Source of the DNA: Gemmatimonadota bacterium
GTDB lineage: Bacteria > Gemmatimonadota > Gemmatimonadetes > Gemmatimonadales > GWC2-71-9
Reading direction: 5' to 3'
DNA: 64,000 nucleotides
Assembly: GCA_041497135.1 (NCBI GenBank)
Contig: JBGQFX010000005.1
Coordinates: 27,683 to 91,682, forward strand
Shown: positions 1-6,977 of the stretch, one piece after another
Layout of the letters: each line of letters begins with the position of its first letter
How positions within the stretch are numbered: the first letter of the stretch is position 1
Notes under the pieces: model-generated
Databases searched by the model: none
Told to the model about the DNA's origin: nothing
Seen by the model: the letters and a program-made list of their open reading frames with translations, nothing else
Position numbers and translations under genes: made by a program

Positions 1-2
1 TC

Positions 3-380
3 GGGGTGCTCATGTCGCCCGAGCTGCCGCTCACGCGCCGGCAGCACGAGATGATCACTACCATGGTGTCCGTCACCAACCGGTGTCGCTACTGAATCAC
101 CTCCCACGCAGAGTTTCTGCGTCGGGTCACACTGGATGCAGCGCTGGTGGCGGCGCTGGAGGACGACTACACCAAGGCCTCCATCCCGGCGCAGGACCGG
201 GTCATGCTGGATTACGTGGTGCAGCTGACGCGCGACGCCACGCGCATCGGGCCGGCGCATCACGACGGCCTGCGTGCGGCGGGCTTCGACGACCGCGCCA
301 TCTTGCAGATCACGCTGATCGCCTCCTGGTTCAACTACATCAACCGCGTGGCCGACGCGCTGGGCGTGGGCCGAGACTGA
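3..380 (+). CDS. AhpD/carboxymuconolactone-decarboxylase (CMD) family peroxidase-related protein, 5'-partial, containing an in-frame UGA (candidate selenocysteine) at 93-95
   Basis: Frame 3 reads ...[36 protein letters not shown]... and continues without break into the listed 147..380 ORF (...[21 protein letters not shown]). This matches the N-x-C-x-Y-C-x-x-x-H CMD motif, with TGA at the second Cys. Confidence 0.75.
93..126 (+). other. UGA (putative Sec codon) plus SECIS-like hairpin
   Basis: TGA at 93-95. Hairpin 103-126 is CCCACGCAGA-GTT-TCTGCGT(C)GGG, a 7 bp + 3 bp stem with one bulged C. Its apical loop lies 18-20 nt after the UGA. Confidence 0.5.
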
Positions 381-397
381 CCGCGGGCCGTCACCGA

Positions 398-2386
398 TCA
401 GCGGTCCGGGAAGGCGGCGGAGAGGATCCGCAGCCAGGCGCCAAGCAGGGGGTCTCCTGGGCTGCGAGCTTGCTCGGCGCGCAGCGCATCCCGCACCGCG
501 AGCCGGAGGCTGTCGGGGAGCGGAACGGTCAGCGGCCCGGCCCCCGAACCGGAGAGCGTCGCGACCGTCGTCGCGTACGCGCGGTCGAGGTCGAGCCGCA
601 AGGCTAAGCGGGCGCTGAAAGCGGCGAGCGCCGCCCGCACGCGCGTGAACTCTCCGGCCGCGGCGAACAGGTTCGTCGCCCACGCATAGGCCTGTGTCAT
701 GGCCGGCACCGTGGCGAACAGCTCCCCCCCGAAATAGCGGGCGTTCCACAACGAGTCCGCGATCCGGCGCGCGTCGTCCAGGCGCCCGAGCTTCCCCAGC
801 AGGATCATCCGCCGTGCCGCCACGGCCTCTGCTTCGGTCTCCACGCCGAGCGAGTCGGCCACGGCCAGCTCGTGGAGTGCGGCTTCCAACGCGCCGTCCA
901 GCTCGAGCACACGGGCCGCCGTGCGGTGCGCTTCGGCTTCCGCCGGCCCGGCGGCCAGCCAGCGCCTAGCCCACGCCTGGGCGGCGGCCCGCGCGCGGGA
1001 CCGGGACGCTCGCAACGTCTCGGGCGCGATCGCCGAGAGAGAATCGAGTGGGATGAGCTCGATCGAGTCCCGGAGCAGCGGCACGAGCATCAGGTCTGGG
1101 TCGGCAGTCTGGTCGAGCGCCGAGTCACTCCCACCGGTCGACGCTCGTCCCGCAAGTCCAAGTTCGCAGCTGCACCAGGCGCGAACCGAGCTGCGCACGG
1201 GGCGCGGAAACTCGTGGCGGTACCCCGCCACCGCACCCGGCGACTGCCCGGCCGCGAGGGAGTAGATCGCCACCAGCCCCTGGTAGGCTCCGTGCCGGGT
1301 GGGGTCGAGATCGAGCACGCGCTTGGCCAGCCGGACCGCCGCGTTGAGCGACCCGCGGCGCCCCTCGCCGGCCGGCATCGCCACGAGCAGCGGGTCGAGG
1401 AACTCCAGGCTCGCGAGCGTCTCGAGCGCGTCCACGTCGTTCGAGTCCTGGGCGACGAGGCTCTCCAACTCCCCCCGTGCCACGGTGAAGTCCGCGTTCA
1501 AGAGACCGTGGAGCGCGCGGACGTGACGCGCCGCCCGGGGCGGCAACCGTCCGCGGAGCGCCGCGGCGCGGTCGGCGTAGCCGTAGGCCGGGTTGCCGGG
1601 ATCCAGTACGGAAAACGCGAGTAGCGAGACTTCCGCGAGCTTGGCGTACGCCTGCGCGAAGGTGCTGTCGAAGCCGACCGCCTCCTCCAGCGCGGTGCGC
1701 GCGCGCCGGTACTCCTCCCGGTTCAAGTGCGCCATGCCGCGCAGGTACGCCCGGTACGCCTCGAGCGAGTGTGTCGTGGCCGTCGCCAGATCCGCGGTCG
1801 CGTTCTCCAGCCCGCCCGCGCGCAACAGGACCGTCGCAATCTGTCCGTATGCGTCCCGGATGTCGTCCTTGGAGCCGACTTCGACGGTTGTGCGGGCCAC
1901 TAGGTGCTCGGTCACGACGTCGTACGCCCGGACGCTCACGCGCAACCGGTCCGTCACGGCGACGATTTCGCCGGTCACCGCCGTCCACCCGCCGGTCTCC
2001 GCCGCCACGCGTCGGACGCGCGCCAGATCCATCACGTCTCCGGACCGAAGCCCGTGTCGGCGCAGGGCCGGATAGAGCCGCTCGTCGGTGACGACGGTGA
2101 TCTCTGTCCAACGGCCGAGCGCGTCCGCGAGCATCGTGGGCGACGCCTCGATCAGCCACTGGCTCTCGGGCGTGGGCGACAAGTTGCGGAACGGGAGCAC
2201 GAGGAACGTCCGCGAGCGGTCCGGCTCGGCGGGAGGCGGGCGCGTCGCGAACGCTCGGGGAAACGATCCGGTGCACGGGGGGGGCGAGCCGTCGGGGCAC
2301 TGGGCTGCGGCGGACCTCACCAGCAGCGCGAACAGCAACGCCCACATGGCGCCGCGGAGCCTGGGCGACATAGAGTCAACGAACAT
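398..2386 (-). CDS. secreted TPR-repeat protein with N-terminal CPDGSPPPC motif and LPFxNLS (TolB-N/FlgO-like) module
   Basis: 670-aa ORF. Signal-like MSPRLRGAMWALLFALLVRSAAAQ is followed by CPDGSPPPC, then FLVLPFRNLSP, then TPR-like helices (YRAYLRGMAHLNREEYRRARTALEEAV...). Start is ambiguous: TTG 2410, ATG 2386 or ATG 2371. Confidence 0.75.
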   Translation of the reverse strand: MFVDSMSPRLRGAMWALLFALLVRSAAAQCPDGSPPPCTGSFPRAFATRPPPAEPDRSRTFLVLPFRNLSPTPESQWLIEASPTMLADALGRWTEITVVTDERLYPALRRHGLRSGDVMDLARVRRVAAETGGWTAVTGEIVAVTDRLRVSVRAYDVVTEHLVARTTVEVGSKDDIRDAYGQIATVLLRAGGLENATADLATATTHSLEAYRAYLRGMAHLNREEYRRARTALEEAVGFDSTFAQAYAKLAEVSLLAFSVLDPGNPAYGYADRAAALRGRLPPRAARHVRALHGLLNADFTVARGELESLVAQDSNDVDALETLASLEFLDPLLVAMPAGEGRRGSLNAAVRLAKRVLDLDPTRHGAYQGLVAIYSLAAGQSPGAVAGYRHEFPRPVRSSVRAWCSCELGLAGRASTGGSDSALDQTADPDLMLVPLLRDSIELIPLDSLSAIAPETLRASRSRARAAAQAWARRWLAAGPAEAEAHRTAARVLELDGALEAALHELAVADSLGVETEAEAVAARRMILLGKLGRLDDARRIADSLWNARYFGGELFATVPAMTQAYAWATNLFAAAGEFTRVRAALAAFSARLALRLDLDRAYATTVATLSGSGAGPLTVPLPDSLRLAVRDALRAEQARSPGDPLLGAWLRILSAAFPDR

Positions 2387-2427
2387 CGTGCTGCCGCGCG
2401 GATCCGGCAAGGCCGGAGTCCCGCCCG

Positions 2428-2598
2428 TTACTTCATTGGTCGGCTTGCTCCACCTTCGTCAGACAGGCCGCGCTGCGTTTTCACAAACGCGCGATACCCA
2501 CAGGTACAGGACTCCGTTGTGCGGCCGGAACGATCGATGTTGAAGTGGAGGCGGAGACCGCATCCCTGACAGAAGGGCGGGCCGCCGTCGGTCAACAT
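2428..2598 (-). CDS. small zinc-ribbon-like protein (56 aa), hypothetical
   Basis: MLTDGGPPFCQGCGLRLHFNIDRSGRTTESCTCGYRAFVKTQRG... carries CxxC ... CxC pairs. It lies downstream of infA on the same strand. The SD is weak, so the call is tentative. Confidence 0.35.
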   Translation of the reverse strand: MLTDGGPPFCQGCGLRLHFNIDRSGRTTESCTCGYRAFVKTQRGLSDEGGASRPMK

Positions 2599-2630
2599 GC
2601 CGGCGCGTCCGAGCTCCGACTGTGAGCGGT

Positions 2631-2849
2631 TCATTTGTGCCTGAAGGTGATGCGCCCGCGCGTCAGATCGTACGGGGACACCGCGAGGGTCACCCGGTCG
2701 CCGGCGAGCACCCGGATGCGGAAGCGGCGCATCTTGCCGGCGATGGTCGCGAGGACGTAGTGCCCGTTGGGCAGATGGACGCGAAACGTGGTGTTGGGTA
2801 GCACGTCCTCCACGATGCCGTCGATCTCGATCGCTTGTTCCTTGGCCAC
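2631..2849 (-). CDS. infA: translation initiation factor IF-1
   Basis: 72 aa, [72 protein letters not shown], a canonical IF-1 sequence. GTG start. Confidence 0.95.
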   Translation of the reverse strand: MAKEQAIEIDGIVEDVLPNTTFRVHLPNGHYVLATIAGKMRRFRIRVLAGDRVTLAVSPYDLTRGRITFRHK

Positions 2850-3092
2850 TCAAACCCCCTCGATGGTCGCCGGGACCAGCGCGAAACCCAGGCGGATCAC
2901 GTCCTGAGCGACAGCGCCTGGCCCGATCTGCTTCACGCGGAACTCAACCTGCTCGCCGGCGGCGAGTGGGTTGCAGACGGTACCCCGCAGCGCCGAGTGG
3001 TCCACGTGGCAGTCCGCTTCGTCCCTCTCGCGGCCAATCACTCCCAAGCCCCGGATCAAGTCGAACCACTTGACGGTGCCGGTGAACCGCAT
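2850..3092 (-). CDS. divergent cold-shock-domain-like (OB-fold) protein
   Basis: MRFTGTVKWFDLIRGLGVIGRERDEADCHVDHSAL...GEQVEFRV has a CSD-like layout, but the RNP1/RNP2 motifs are degenerate (RGLGVI, CHVDH). GGAGG lies 8 nt upstream of ATG 3092. Its TGA stop abuts the infA GTG. Confidence 0.6.
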   Translation of the reverse strand: MRFTGTVKWFDLIRGLGVIGRERDEADCHVDHSALRGTVCNPLAAGEQVEFRVKQIGPGAVAQDVIRLGFALVPATIEGV

Positions 3093-3123
3093 ACGCCCGT
3101 CCTCCATCCACGAAACAACTGAG

Positions 3124-3163
3124 CCAAAACAAAAGCGGGACCGGCGCATTGGCCAAGTCCCGC
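3124..3163 (-). terminator. rho-independent terminator (minus strand)
   Basis: Minus strand reads GCGGGAC-N15-GTCCCGC followed by TTTTGTTTTGG. It lies downstream of the 3267..3461 gene and upstream of the CSD-like/infA unit. Confidence 0.6.
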
Positions 3164-3266
3164 CTTGACGTTTGCTGCTCCGGCCACGCAGCACGGCGTG
3201 TCGGATGCTGCTCGAAGCTTAGTCAGGGCCGGCAGCGAAGTCAAACGCTCGCCGCTTGTTGGCGAC

Positions 3267-3461
3267 TTAGCCGGTCGCGGTCCGCCTGCGGATGAAGATG
3301 ACGATGGCCGAAGAGAGCAGCCAGAACCCTCCGCCAATACCCATCACCCCATACTCGGCCGGCGTGCCCCCGCCAAAGTACTTGGCGAATCCCATCGCCA
3401 TTCCGAACAATCCGCCAAGAAAAAAGACCCACGTCAGGATGCTGAGCAGATTCTTGTCCAC
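3267..3461 (-). CDS. small two-TM membrane protein, hypothetical
   Basis: 64 aa with two hydrophobic Gly-rich helices (LLSILTWVFFLGGLFGMAMGF; GIGGGFWLLSSAIVIFI). Strong SD: AGGAGG 5 nt before the GTG. Confidence 0.6.
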   Translation of the reverse strand: MDKNLLSILTWVFFLGGLFGMAMGFAKYFGGGTPAEYGVMGIGGGFWLLSSAIVIFIRRRTATG

Positions 3462-3581
3462 GCATTCCTCCTCTCGGGCGCCTGGGCCGGGTGCATCGGA
3501 GATCCAGGCCGGCGAGTGTATGGCTATCCGAGGGAGTCGTCAATCAACCCTGATGCGGTCAAAACCAACGCCTGAGCCAGT

Positions 3582-3869
3582 TCACAAGCGGAGGTTCTGC
3601 GATTCGCCTCTCCGCGTCAGGAGCCGCTCGGCGAAATCCAGCCGCGACTCAAGCTCCGCCACGCGGCCCTCAAGTTGCTCGATCTGATCTTGCCTCTGCT
3701 GTTCCCGCGCCTCAAGTCCTTCCATCCGGGAAGAATGCGGCTGGCGCTCATCGTCTCCTTGTCTGCGGTGACCCGACCACCAGCGGTGCCGCATTGGACC
3801 GAGCATGACGAACAGCATGAACAGCGGGATCAGCACCCATGGCCACCACATTCCCCCGTATCCCATCAT
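3582..3869 (-). CDS. small membrane protein with C-terminal coiled coil (PspB-like architecture)
   Basis: MMGYGGMWWPWVLIPLFMLFVMLGP (TM) is followed by ...EQQRQDQIEQLEGRVAELESRLDFAERLL. GGAGG SD. The start overlaps the methyltransferase stop (ATGA). Confidence 0.6.
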   Translation of the reverse strand: MMGYGGMWWPWVLIPLFMLFVMLGPMRHRWWSGHRRQGDDERQPHSSRMEGLEAREQQRQDQIEQLEGRVAELESRLDFAERLLTRRGESQNLRL

Positions 3870-4621
3870 TGTGCCCTCCTCGTCCTCCGACTCCGCGCGC
3901 CGGCTCCGTCGGCAGCCCACGTCTGCACGGGCTTGGGTTTCCGGCTGGCGACGGCAATGAACGCGGCACCAATCCAGGTCAGTCGACCGAGGAAGCGATC
4001 GAGCGGGCCCAGGAGCGTGGCGAACGGGACCGACGGCGGATAGAACACGGCCGCTGCTCGCGCGCTCGGCTGCAGCCCGCTGCGGCGCATCAGCGTCCGG
4101 AGCTTCGGCACCGTCCAGAAGCGCGCCGCGGCCCAGAGCCCGCCTCGTAGCCATCCGTGCACGCGCCGGCTCGCGGCCCAGGTGCTCCAGCGGCCCAACT
4201 CGCCCACGACGACGAGTCCGCCCGGTCGGACCACGCGTGTCAGCTCCGCCATGATGGCTGGGGGATCGTTCGCGACGCACAGCAGAGTGATCGCGAGCGC
4301 TGCGTCGCAACCATTGCTGGCGAGGGGGAGCCGGGTGGCGTCGGCCTGGACGAGGTGCACGCGCCTATCGTCGCTACCCAGGGTTCGCGCTCTCGCGGCC
4401 GACAACATGGAGCGCGACCCATCCACCGCAATGACACTCGCGCCATCGCTCGCGATCTGGGCTGCGAGGCGTCCATCTCCCGCGCCCGCATCGACGACCC
4501 GGCACCCTCTGAGGTTTCCCATTAGGCGCGTCAGGGCCCTGCGTTCATCTGCCCACACCCGTACTCCGAGAGGAGACTCGAACCACGTCCGATACGCTGT
4601 CGGATCGAATTCTCGTCGCAC
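3866..4621 (-). CDS. class I SAM-dependent methyltransferase
   Basis: VVDAGAGDGRLA (SAM motif I) ... VHLVQADATRLPL ... VVRPGGLVVV. GTG start 1 nt after the SQR stop. Confidence 0.8.
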   Translation of the reverse strand: MRREFDPTAYRTWFESPLGVRVWADERRALTRLMGNLRGCRVVDAGAGDGRLAAQIASDGASVIAVDGSRSMLSAARARTLGSDDRRVHLVQADATRLPLASNGCDAALAITLLCVANDPPAIMAELTRVVRPGGLVVVGELGRWSTWAASRRVHGWLRGGLWAAARFWTVPKLRTLMRRSGLQPSARAAAVFYPPSVPFATLLGPLDRFLGRLTWIGAAFIAVASRKPKPVQTWAADGAGARSRRTRRAQ

Positions 4622-4622
4622 T

Positions 4623-5780
4623 TTAGAACCACTTGTGTAGCCACCGCTTTTCGAACAGCACCTTGCCGAGGTGCCACCAGCGACTTGGCGGGTGGAGCCT
4701 TATCGCCGGCGTCGGTTCAGCGTAGAAGTCGCCGCTGCCAAAGCCCGCCTTTCCGCCGCCGGCCTCGATGAAGCACGAGCCGTGGCCGTCGAACCGCGCG
4801 CTTTCACCCCGATTCATCCAGGCACGGGCGAGATTCCGCGCCACGACTTCGGCTTGGCCGTGGGCAAATACCCCTGCCTTGGGAAGGGGCTTGCCGAGCT
4901 TGAGCGGGATCGCCGTCACGTCCCCCAACGCGTAGACGAACGGGAAACGCGTTTCGAGGGTATGCCGGTCGACCGTGATCCAGCCGCTCTCACCCGCGAG
5001 CCCGCTCTCCCGTACGACGGCGGGTGCCCGATGTGGCGGGACGTAGAGGAGCAGATCGTACTCGGCCGTTGTGCCGTTGGTAAACGCGATCCGTCGGCTC
5101 GTGCCGTCCACCGACTGCACCTGGTGCTCGGGGTGGTAGTGGACGCCCTTGTGTTCCACCATCTGCCGGACGGCGGCAGAGACCTGCGGTCCTGCGACAC
5201 CCATCGGGCCGGGCTCGGCGGCATAGAAATCGACTTGCACGTCATCCCGAATGCCGCGTCGCCGGAACTCGCCTTCGATCAGCATGGCTGCCTCGTAGGG
5301 CGCCGCCGGGCACTTGTAGGCCGGAGCGGCGGTGAGCACTACGACACGGCCACCTGAAAACTGCCGGAGCGCGTCCCGCAACGCGGTCGCGCCTTGCAGG
5401 TTGTAGAGGTTGTGACCGGCTTGCCCTAATCCAGGGATTTGGTCGGGCGCAAGGTCCGCGCCCAGTGCAATCACGACCGCATCGGCCCTCAATTGCCGTC
5501 CAGAGACCCGAGCGGTCCTCTCGGCTGGATCGATCCGTTCGATCTCCCCGTGGACGACGTCGATCCCTTTGCGCTGCAGCCGATCCAGCGGGCGACGGAT
5601 CTGCTCCGGCTCCCGTTGTCCGATCATCAGCCAGAGGAGGGAGGGTTGAAAGAGGTGGTGGCGCTCTCGGTCGATGAGGACGACACGGTGGTCCATCGGC
5701 AGATAACTCCGAAGGCGATGGGCTGCGACCACGCCGCCCACGCCACCGCCGAGTACGAGCACGGATTTCCGGTCAGCCAT
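4623..5780 (-). CDS. sqr: sulfide:quinone oxidoreductase-like FAD-dependent pyridine nucleotide-disulfide oxidoreductase
   Basis: VLVLGGGVGGVVAA (FAD GxGxxG), AAPAYKCPAAPYEAA and HGSCFIE Cys motifs, YALGDVTAIP. GAGGAGG SD. Confidence 0.8.
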   Translation of the reverse strand: MADRKSVLVLGGGVGGVVAAHRLRSYLPMDHRVVLIDRERHHLFQPSLLWLMIGQREPEQIRRPLDRLQRKGIDVVHGEIERIDPAERTARVSGRQLRADAVVIALGADLAPDQIPGLGQAGHNLYNLQGATALRDALRQFSGGRVVVLTAAPAYKCPAAPYEAAMLIEGEFRRRGIRDDVQVDFYAAEPGPMGVAGPQVSAAVRQMVEHKGVHYHPEHQVQSVDGTSRRIAFTNGTTAEYDLLLYVPPHRAPAVVRESGLAGESGWITVDRHTLETRFPFVYALGDVTAIPLKLGKPLPKAGVFAHGQAEVVARNLARAWMNRGESARFDGHGSCFIEAGGGKAGFGSGDFYAEPTPAIRLHPPSRWWHLGKVLFEKRWLHKWF

Positions 5781-5789
5781 CGAGCCTCC

Positions 5790-6143
5790 TCAGAACACCA
5801 GGACCTGATCGGCCCACTGAGTCCAGGTTGTGAGTTCGTCCATACTGCTGCGCCGGCATCCCTCGGCGAGGTCCGCGTCTGCGATGCCTCGGGCATCCAT
5901 GCAGGAGCCACAGACACCGATTTCCCCTCGGCGCAGCGTGACCGCTGCCAGCATGGTCTCAATGTTGTAATAGCCCCTGGGCACGCTCTGGCCGCGCTTG
6001 GCGCAGGAGGAGGCGTCACCGATGAGGAAGACCTTGAGCTGCTCACCGTCGTGCTTGGCGAGTGACCCGGCTAGGCGCAGGCCGTTGTAACTTCGTTCCG
6101 TGCCGTACGGCGGGTCGTTCAGGATGAACAACGCCTTGCTCAT
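5790..6143 (-). CDS. DsrE/DsrF-like sulfur-relay family protein
   Basis: 117 aa, MSKALFILNDPPYGTERSYNGLRLA...VFLIGDASSCAKRG...IGVCGSCMDARG. The upstream part of the 253-aa track ORF is not coding. The start overlaps the regulator stop (ATGA). Confidence 0.75.
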   Translation of the reverse strand: MSKALFILNDPPYGTERSYNGLRLAGSLAKHDGEQLKVFLIGDASSCAKRGQSVPRGYYNIETMLAAVTLRRGEIGVCGSCMDARGIADADLAEGCRRSSMDELTTWTQWADQVLVF

Positions 6144-6826
6144 GGGCTTTCTCCCACCGCCACCCGAAAGCCTCGGGCGCGCCAGTCGGGGACGCCGTCT
6201 TCCAAGCGGGCCGCTTTGAAGCCTCGCGTGCGCAATATCCTCACCGCTTCCACGGCGAGAACGCAAAATGGGCCACGGCAATAGGCCACGATCTCGTGCT
6301 GGCGAGGCAGCTCCGCGAGTCGGCGCTTCAGTTCCGCAAGCGGCACCGACACCGCGCCCGGAATGTGTCCGGCGATGTATTCCGAGCGGGGCCGCACGTC
6401 GAGTACCGTGACTTCCCCGCGCCGCACCCGCCCAACCAGGGCCTTGCGATCCACCGGCTCCATGAGACCCCGCTCGTGAAGAAACTGGCGAGTCACCCGC
6501 GTGACGTCGGCGAGATGCGACTCGGCCACACGGCGGAGCGTCCGGAAGCACTCGCTCACGTCCTCGCCGGCCAGCTCATACGTCACGAAGAGGCCAGCCT
6601 TCTCGGCCGTGACCACGCGGGCCGCGCGCAGCACCTGGAGGTGCTGGGAGGTGTTCGCCACGCTTTGCGCGGTCTCGTGTGCCAGCGATTCGACGGTACG
6701 GGGCCCCTGACCGAGAAGGTCGAGCAGTTCAAGACGGCGAGGGCTCGCGAGCGCCTTGCCGATGCGAGCGAACTGCTCGTAGATGGTGTCCTTGAAGGAG
6801 CGGCCAGTGGTCTTGTTAGGAGTCAT
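6140..6826 (-). CDS. ArsR/SmtB-family HTH regulator fused to a C-terminal rhodanese domain
   Basis: N-terminal ArsR HTH (FARIGKALASPRRLELLDLLGQGPRTVESLAHETAQSVANTSQHLQVLRAARVV). C-terminal rhodanese (VLDVRPRSEYIAGHIPGAVSVP...IVAYCRGPFC, active-site Cys loop). Confidence 0.85.
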   Translation of the reverse strand: MTPNKTTGRSFKDTIYEQFARIGKALASPRRLELLDLLGQGPRTVESLAHETAQSVANTSQHLQVLRAARVVTAEKAGLFVTYELAGEDVSECFRTLRRVAESHLADVTRVTRQFLHERGLMEPVDRKALVGRVRRGEVTVLDVRPRSEYIAGHIPGAVSVPLAELKRRLAELPRQHEIVAYCRGPFCVLAVEAVRILRTRGFKAARLEDGVPDWRARGFRVAVGESP

Positions 6827-6830
6827 ATAG

Positions 6831-6852
6831 TATTCAAATGAGTTATTGAATA
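6831..6852. promoter_or_regulatory. AT-rich inverted repeat TATTCAA-N8-TTGAATA (candidate ArsR-type operator)
   Basis: Lies 5 nt upstream of the ArsR-rhodanese ATG, in a GC-rich background. No SD is visible between it and the start codon. Confidence 0.4.
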
Positions 6853-6951
6853 GTCCGCTGTCGGGCGGGGTCAGTCAAGCCCTCCGATCGGCTACGTTGA
6901 TGCGATGACCTCGATAGGGAGGCCTAGGGAAGCACGGCGTCATCACACCTG

Positions 6952-6957
6952 TATAAT
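6952..6957 (+). promoter_or_regulatory. TATAAT -10-like hexamer
   Basis: A perfect TATAAT in a divergent intergenic region of a high-GC genome. The -35 is poor (GAAGCA). Confidence 0.25.
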
Positions 6958-6977
6958 ATATTGCTGGCTATCGAGTT

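Noticed and set aside
83-607. 174-aa plus-strand ORF overlapping the AhpD-like gene and the 3' end of the TPR gene
   Set aside because: The translation is Arg/Gly/Pro/Ala-rich and low-complexity, with no motif. It is off-frame to a well-supported CMD gene and antisense to a supported gene, as expected for a high-GC artefact.
2850-2852. In-frame TGA between the CSD-like ORF and infA as a possible selenocysteine or read-through site
   Set aside because: infA has its own GTG start immediately after the TGA. The same TGAGTG stop-start junction joins the histidine kinase and response regulator (11859-11864), so this is ordinary translational coupling. No Cys/redox context and no downstream hairpin were noted.
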